Below are positions 58,539 to 64,000 of a stretch of DNA of 64,000 nucleotides, one piece after another. How positions within the stretch are numbered: position 1 is the first letter of the stretch; every line of letters begins with the position of its first letter. This stretch comes from an uncultured Chitinophagales bacterium (GTDB lineage Bacteria; Bacteroidota; Bacteroidia; Chitinophagales; JADIYW01). The DNA lies in assembly GCA_964642875.1 (NCBI GenBank), contig CAZXRF010000005.1:4043-68042 (forward strand), in the 5' to 3' direction. Below the pieces are notes generated by a model. That model did not search any database and was not told the origin of the DNA. It saw nothing but the letters and a program-made list of their open reading frames with translations. A program made the position numbers and the translations under genes.

Positions 58539-60731
58539 TTATTTGTTGATAAAATTAATAGTGCAACCGATGTATGCAGTGATTCCATTTAAGCTCGGAA
58601 CATACATTGGTAGTTTTTTATTGGTAAGATTGTCTAGACCAAATTGGAGGCTATATTTCTTTTTGAATTGTTTTTGAAAAGAAAAATTTACTAAAGCATA
58701 TCCGGGTGCATATTCACTTGCAATATCTAAAATTTGGTTATTGTTTTTATCTGCCCAGCCATATTTTCCTCTATAAATAATGCGCAAGTAAGTACTAAAA
58801 TCATATTTTTCATTTTCATAAAAAATCTTCACATTAAAGCTGTGCTTCGACCTATCGAATAAGCCGCCATATTCTTTTTTGGTCAGTCTAGTTTCCTCAT
58901 ACGTTATGGGGTCACGTCTTATTATTTTTCCTTCTTTTATTTTTGCCAATACAGAATAATCTTTAGCTTCTAAATACTGATATCCTGCTGAGAGCGTAAA
59001 GCCTTTGAAAATAGTATAAGAGAAATTTGTTTCTATTCCTTGTGTATATATTTTATCGATGTTGAAATAGGTATAAATTAAGGAGTTGTTTTTCTTTGCG
59101 GCGATTGCCATTACATCAATCAGGTTTTCAATTTCATTTCTAAAATAGTTGATACTCAAATTCATTTTTCCAGGTATCGGGTTGATGCCGACTTCTGCAT
59201 TAAATGCCCAAGATTTTTCAGCTTTCAGTGCTTTAATTTTATCAGTAGGAATTAGGATATTTGCAATAATGCCGAGTGTGTCTAATTCATTTATTTTCGC
59301 TGTCGCCACGTCGGCACCAAAAACGGAATACCCCACGATATTATTGGTAAAATTTAGGTACTGTTGGCGCACATCCGGAGCCTTATAACCTCTACCGGCG
59401 GAGAGTTTTATGTAGAAGTATTTATTAGCATTATAGCGCATCGATAGCTTTGGGCTTATCCATTGGATAGCGTAATCACTAGGGAAATCGGTGCGAGTGC
59501 CTGCATTTATTATAAATTTGTTTTTGTACTCATATTGGTATTGTAGAAAAATATATTCTTGATGTTGGTTTATTTTTTTGATGTTTCTTTTTGTGTCAAT
59601 AAGATTAAAAAAACCGCCAACTCCGGCTGTAAAGGAATGTGATTTTTTGGAATAATCTAACTGTGCTTCCAGCTTGTTGTACAATTGAGTATAGTTATCA
59701 TCGTATAAATATTTATCCGCAAAATCGCCTGTATAATTGTTCTTATGTTTGTAAAATGAATTATAACTTCTAAGATTGAACACTATATTTTTATGCATAA
59801 GTTTTAAAAACGGACTCGCGCTTATTTCATTTGTTTTGTCCACTTGTTCTGCAATTCCTTTTATCGAGCCTTCGGTAGTAGAATCTTCTTTATTTTTTGA
59901 TTTAGAAAAATAATATTTCATGCCGATACCAACATGTATTTTATGACTTGCTCGGTAGGTAAGTTTGTTATTTAGCGTAAAATCATGAAAGGGAATGCCC
60001 TCTTTGTAAAGCGTCGTTTTATCTGTTTGGTAGCCATTAGAAAAATTGTAACTTATATTGTTTTCAAAAGAAAGTTTATTCTTGTTAAATCTACTGTTCA
60101 GGTTGCTTGCTATTTGTATGGGCGATTTATATTGAAAAGAAAAATCTAGGCTGTTGTTTTTTATACGGCTTATATCTTCAGTAATAATATTGATAACTCC
60201 GCCCATAGCATCGCTGCCATATAAACTAGATACGGGTCCTTTTATAATCTCTATTTTCTTTATGTTGCTTACAATAATTCTTGATAAATCCACCACACCG
60301 GCAGTTTTTCCGATAATCGGTTCGCCGTTTATTAAAATCAGGGTAAACTCTGGAGCAAATCCTTGAAGTTGTACGCCAGTGCCCAAAAAATTGGCTAATT
60401 GTATGCCTGTTTGTTCTTGTAAAATATCAGCTAGCTTTATCGAGCCTGAGGCCTTTATAATTTTCGGAGTGATTTGCTGAATCGGTACAGTTGTCTGATT
60501 TATATTTTTCTCGTTTTTAGTAGCGGTGACAACAATTTCTTCTATATCCGTATTTAGCCAATTCGAATCAATATCAATATCATTTGTACTGTGGGTTTTC
60601 ACTACATCCTTTTTATTCTGTTCTTGTGCTGATAATTCTGTGGAAATAAACAAAAACAGCAAAAGCAGCATAGATTGTAAGAATTTGCTTATATTCTGTT
60701 TTACAGTCTGATTTTTAATAATTTTAAACAT
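58539..60731 (-). CDS. TonB-dependent outer-membrane receptor
   Basis: Signal peptide, TonB-box/plug (IVVTATK, IEIIKGPVSSLYGSDAMGGVINIIT), and a long beta-barrel with alternating hydrophobic pattern. 730 aa. Confidence 0.9.
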   Translation of the reverse strand: MFKIIKNQTVKQNISKFLQSMLLLLFLFISTELSAQEQNKKDVVKTHSTNDIDIDSNWLNTDIEEIVVTATKNEKNINQTTVPIQQITPKIIKASGSIKLADILQEQTGIQLANFLGTGVQLQGFAPEFTLILINGEPIIGKTAGVVDLSRIIVSNIKKIEIIKGPVSSLYGSDAMGGVINIITEDISRIKNNSLDFSFQYKSPIQIASNLNSRFNKNKLSFENNISYNFSNGYQTDKTTLYKEGIPFHDFTLNNKLTYRASHKIHVGIGMKYYFSKSKNKEDSTTEGSIKGIAEQVDKTNEISASPFLKLMHKNIVFNLRSYNSFYKHKNNYTGDFADKYLYDDNYTQLYNKLEAQLDYSKKSHSFTAGVGGFFNLIDTKRNIKKINQHQEYIFLQYQYEYKNKFIINAGTRTDFPSDYAIQWISPKLSMRYNANKYFYIKLSAGRGYKAPDVRQQYLNFTNNIVGYSVFGADVATAKINELDTLGIIANILIPTDKIKALKAEKSWAFNAEVGINPIPGKMNLSINYFRNEIENLIDVMAIAAKKNNSLIYTYFNIDKIYTQGIETNFSYTIFKGFTLSAGYQYLEAKDYSVLAKIKEGKIIRRDPITYEETRLTKKEYGGLFDRSKHSFNVKIFYENEKYDFSTYLRIIYRGKYGWADKNNNQILDIASEYAPGYALVNFSFQKQFKKKYSLQFGLDNLTNKKLPMYVPSLNGITAYIGCTINFINK

Positions 60732-61164
60732 AAAAGAAGCAAAAAATAGTTTGTTTTTATTTAGACTAATTATAAATAATGAGCAAATGTAACAGCAACT
60801 TTTGACTTTTTAACATTTAAATCGAAAATTACCTAACAGTCTGTAGTACACTACCTAAAATAAGGTAGTGTGATGTTTAGTTAGAAGAAATTGTACTATG
60901 CTGGTTTGCTGGTGCTTACAAATTATTATAGATACATTAGAAACAAAGGAGAAACTGAATAATAAAATAGACTAGACCACCAAGAAGTGCTATAGAATAG
61001 CAGATACTTCTTAAAAAATTGCTAAAAAAAGGGCATTTAACAAGGATTTAAGCATTTTAACATCCTCGTTTTTCGGTAGCTAAATATTTTGACGTAATTT
61101 TATATGGCAACAAAGCACGTATAGTTTATCTATACAAGTCGTAAACAATTTTAATTAGAAGCCT

Positions 61165-61929
61165 ATGAAAAAAAGAACTATCTTTTTGATAGCATTGGTC
61201 GTATTTTTTCCTTTGAACAATCTTCCATCTTATGCCAACGGCGTAACGTTTAGAAATAATATTGCCGTACAGGATGTTGAACAAAATAAAACTGAAGAAA
61301 ATAGCGTTCAATCTTTTCTAAATGCATTTCCAATGATTTCGGCTGATGCACTAAAGGCAGCAATAACGGGATACACAGCGCTGAATACTAGCGGAAAAAT
61401 AACTAAAAAAGATATTCTTACCCTTATCGATTTCAGCAAACCATCTACCGAGGAACGTTTGTTTATTATAGATTTAAAATGTAAAAAAATCATAGAAAAA
61501 AGTTTATGTGCGCACGGTAAAAATAGTGGCGAACTTTTTGCTAATAAATTCTCGAATTCACCCGAATCTAATGAAAGCAGTTTAGGCTTTTATATAGCCA
61601 ATGAAACGTACGATGGCAAGCATGGTTATTCTTTAAAATTAGACGGGCAAGAACCGGGTATTAATGATAAAGCGCGTGACAGAGGAGTAGTGATGCATGC
61701 AGCCGATTATGTAAGCCAATCATTTATTCAAGCTACCGGAAGATTGGGTAGAAGCCAAGGATGTCCGGCAGTTCCGACGAAACAATACGAGAAAATCATC
61801 AGCTTGATAAAAGGCGGTTCTTGCTTATTTATCTATCATCCAGATAAATATTACAGCAGGAATTCTCCGCTATTAAAACACTATAACGAATCGTGCTTTG
61901 CCGAAGCCGTATCTGCCTTAGGTGAATAA
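61165..61929 (+). CDS. Murein L,D-transpeptidase catalytic-domain family protein (YkuD_2-like)
   Basis: Signal peptide, then VVMHAADYV...GRLGRSQGCPAV (His ... Gly-Cys catalytic context). Confidence 0.75.
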   Translation: MKKRTIFLIALVVFFPLNNLPSYANGVTFRNNIAVQDVEQNKTEENSVQSFLNAFPMISADALKAAITGYTALNTSGKITKKDILTLIDFSKPSTEERLFIIDLKCKKIIEKSLCAHGKNSGELFANKFSNSPESNESSLGFYIANETYDGKHGYSLKLDGQEPGINDKARDRGVVMHAADYVSQSFIQATGRLGRSQGCPAVPTKQYEKIISLIKGGSCLFIYHPDKYYSRNSPLLKHYNESCFAEAVSALGE

Positions 61930-63713
61930 TTTTGTAACATTACATTGGGAGATACTGCCAGCTTTGGTGCTTCTTTTTTTGTTTCAGCAAGCAATGAGTC
62001 TGTCCGTTTTTTTTGAGTAAGCAACGAGTCCTTTACTTGTCGTTCGCGGCGTTCTTCTTTCGTTAATTGATGTGGTTGTTTCCCATTAAAAATAAAATTA
62101 ATCATGTCTTTATCTCGATTGTAAACGTCGGCATAGAATTTCATTGTCCCATCATAATCTGCCTCTGCCGTAAAGTACCTGAAATATACCGGAATTGCTT
62201 TTTTTAATCGGAAAGTATTAGTTTCAATTTTTCTATCTTTAATTGCTTTCAAGCTATCATACGGCATTTGAAATGTATCCATAGACATAAGGTATGCTGC
62301 AATTTCCAAAGCATCTTGACAACGTACACAGCCGTGGCTAGCAGCTCGAAAATCTGCATTAAACAACCCTTTTGATGGTGTATCGTGCATATACACCGAG
62401 TATTTATTTGGGAATAAAATCTTCACGGCGCCCAATGCGTTTTTTAGCCCGGGCGGTTGCACCACGCTCGTATAGTTTCCATTTTTTGTAACCACATAAC
62501 CTTTAAAACTTTTCATTTCATGCTTCACAATACTTTGTGGCACCGACCACGTGGGCCACAACACAATTTGATTGATGGCACTTTCTAAAATCGGAGTTTC
62601 ATTTTTTAAATTTGATTTACCAATCACCGCGTTCTTTATCAAACGTACGGTATCATTCTCTATAATTTTTACTTTAAAGGAAGGTAAATTTACCCATACA
62701 TATTTTTCAGGCAATTGTACAATATGTTCCTTGCGCCACCTATCTGCATTGATAGCCAATAGTTGAAATTTTTTGGAGTTGTCGCGCTCTAAGGCTTTAA
62801 TGGTATTTGCACCAATTGCGCCGTCTCCATTTAGATTATTTTCTTTTTGAAACTGCTTTAATGCCGATAAAAAAGCCGAGTCGTTTTGTCTTAAAGAATC
62901 TGGTAAAAAATGATGATACACCAATGCAATTTTTGCATCATTCACCGCACCTAAGGAGTCTGTTTTGGGGTTGCGAATATGTATCGGCGTTGATGAAATA
63001 TTGTTTTTTGAAACAAAGGTGCGTAAGCCAGCCATATACCGATTATATGCTGGATTATTCGGCTCTAATGAACCTATTAATTTAGAAACAGAATCCGATT
63101 GTACTTTTTGTAAAAGTGAAATATACTTATCTTCTGAGTTCCAAAAATTGGTATTTATTCCTTGAATGGTATCTGCAAACATGCCATGTTCTATATGAAG
63201 CGCAATATGTAAAAAAGCACTCGAAAGCCCGACCTCCATTTCTTTCTCTAAAGTAAAATTTATTTCTGGCAATAAACTATAGGCTGAATCTGCTATATGC
63301 CGTAAAAACTCGTAATTATACAATGATTTATTTAACCCTAAATATTCTGCATTGCCCAAAAACTCCAGCATTTCTTTACCTTTTGGAGATAACACATTTT
63401 TACTTGTCCACAAAGGATGAAAATCTGTTTTAGAATAAATTTTTTTTACGGCAGAATGCCAACTTAAATAGTTGTTTTTATCGTCACGTGTTGTTTGTAA
63501 ATTATCAATATAAGCTTGTAATACTGTTGTCATTTCCATTTCGAACTGTCGGTCGTCTTTCGGTACTTCAATTTTGTTTTCAATGGCTTCGGCTTTTCCA
63601 TCTTTGGTCTTGCAAGAGTGGAAGAAAAAAATACAAATAATAAAAAGACCACCACTAAATAATAGAGTAGAATAGGTTTTGGGTTTATAGATTTTGTGTA
63701 ATGGTTTAAACAT
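61881..63713 (-). CDS. L,D-transpeptidase family lipoprotein (YcbB-like) with a peptidoglycan-binding domain
   Basis: LKQFQKENNLNGDGAIGANT (PG_binding_1) and the YkuD motif YMHDTPSKGLFNADFRAASHGCVRC. Confidence 0.85.
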   Translation of the reverse strand: MFKPLHKIYKPKTYSTLLFSGGLFIICIFFFHSCKTKDGKAEAIENKIEVPKDDRQFEMEMTTVLQAYIDNLQTTRDDKNNYLSWHSAVKKIYSKTDFHPLWTSKNVLSPKGKEMLEFLGNAEYLGLNKSLYNYEFLRHIADSAYSLLPEINFTLEKEMEVGLSSAFLHIALHIEHGMFADTIQGINTNFWNSEDKYISLLQKVQSDSVSKLIGSLEPNNPAYNRYMAGLRTFVSKNNISSTPIHIRNPKTDSLGAVNDAKIALVYHHFLPDSLRQNDSAFLSALKQFQKENNLNGDGAIGANTIKALERDNSKKFQLLAINADRWRKEHIVQLPEKYVWVNLPSFKVKIIENDTVRLIKNAVIGKSNLKNETPILESAINQIVLWPTWSVPQSIVKHEMKSFKGYVVTKNGNYTSVVQPPGLKNALGAVKILFPNKYSVYMHDTPSKGLFNADFRAASHGCVRCQDALEIAAYLMSMDTFQMPYDSLKAIKDRKIETNTFRLKKAIPVYFRYFTAEADYDGTMKFYADVYNRDKDMINFIFNGKQPHQLTKEERRERQVKDSLLTQKKRTDSLLAETKKEAPKLAVSPNVMLQNYSPKADTASAKHDSL

Positions 63714-63852
63714 ATAGTCTATTCAGCACTTTTCATGCCATATTTAATTTAAAAACTTTAGAAAAGCAAAGATAATTGCATATTTCTGCGTTAGAATGAC
63801 TCCACCTGCTTTTTAGTAATAATAAATTAAAAAATCACATCTTTTAAATGTC

Positions 63853-63860
63853 TATTTTTG
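63853..63860 (+). promoter_or_regulatory. Candidate TAnnTTTG -7 element
   Basis: tatttttg lies 39 nt upstream of the ATG at 63900. Motif match only. Confidence 0.3.
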
Positions 63861-63899
63861 TAGATAGTAAATAATTTTTAACGTAAAAAATTGAAATAT

Positions 63900-64000
63900 A
63901 TGAAAGTAGCAGTGGTAGGCTCCACCGGATTAGTGGGCACCGAAATGTTGAAAGTATTGACAGAAAGAAATTTCCCTGTCACCGAATTAATTCCTGTAGC
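63900..64000 (+). CDS. asd: Aspartate-semialdehyde dehydrogenase, N-terminal fragment (runs off the window)
   Basis: Hand-translated MKVAVVGSTGLVGTEMLKVLTERNFPVTELIPV, a Rossmann GxTGxVG start typical of Asd. Only 33 codons are visible. Confidence 0.6.
   Translation, partial: MKVAVVGSTGLVGTEMLKVLTERNFPVTELIPV

Noticed and set aside
60732-61164. Cobalamin riboswitch upstream of the TonB-receptor/chelatase operon
   Set aside because: I reverse-complemented the leader and looked for the core elements: GGGAA, GGUG..AA..CC, CCCGC, CUGU and the B12 box AGYCMGGAGACCKGCC. Only vague resemblance was present (GAGGATG...TTAAATCC). Without an Infernal scan this cannot be called.

Overview
AT-rich chromosomal segment that looks like Bacteroidota. 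Supporting signs are a T9SS C-terminal sorting tail, TonB-dependent receptor/HmuY genes, TAnnTTTG-type promoter motifs and a Rho with a long N-terminal insert. Housekeeping genes include recA (5' partial), leuA, leuB, tag, pheS, serS, rho, rpmH-rnpA, yidD, tsaB, fadH-like, an RluA-type pseudouridine synthase and asd (3' partial). They are interleaved with four envelope-glycan modules. (i) 3.8-8.9 kb holds GT4, a DegT aminotransferase, an acetyltransferase and a Gfo/Idh/MocA oxidoreductase. (ii) 15.8-17.0 kb holds a lone GT4. (iii) 22.6-27.7 kb holds Crp, an AsnB-like amidotransferase, GT4 and a WecA-like initiating transferase. (iv) 51.2-56.3 kb holds a sulfotransferase, GT2, an SDR epimerase, GT2 and a Rieske oxygenase. 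I found no rRNA, tRNA, CRISPR array, transposase or integrase. I see no clear-cut new multi-gene defence system. The best candidates for follow-up are listed here. First, an in-frame fusion of a WbpD-like acetyltransferase to a TMD-less tandem ABC ATPase inside a translationally coupled sugar operon. Second, an exported class II chelatase in a TonB-receptor/HmuY/PepSY operon. Third, a pore-less voltage-sensor-like membrane protein. Fourth, an exported TPR-CHAT protease next to a Bpt/ATE-like aminoacyl-tRNA transferase homolog. Fifth, a solitary type IIG R-M enzyme with a perfect 20-nt tandem repeat in its promoter. Sixth, an rnpA that has no canonical start codon. All functional calls rest on motif-level recognition of the translated ORFs, and no database search was run.
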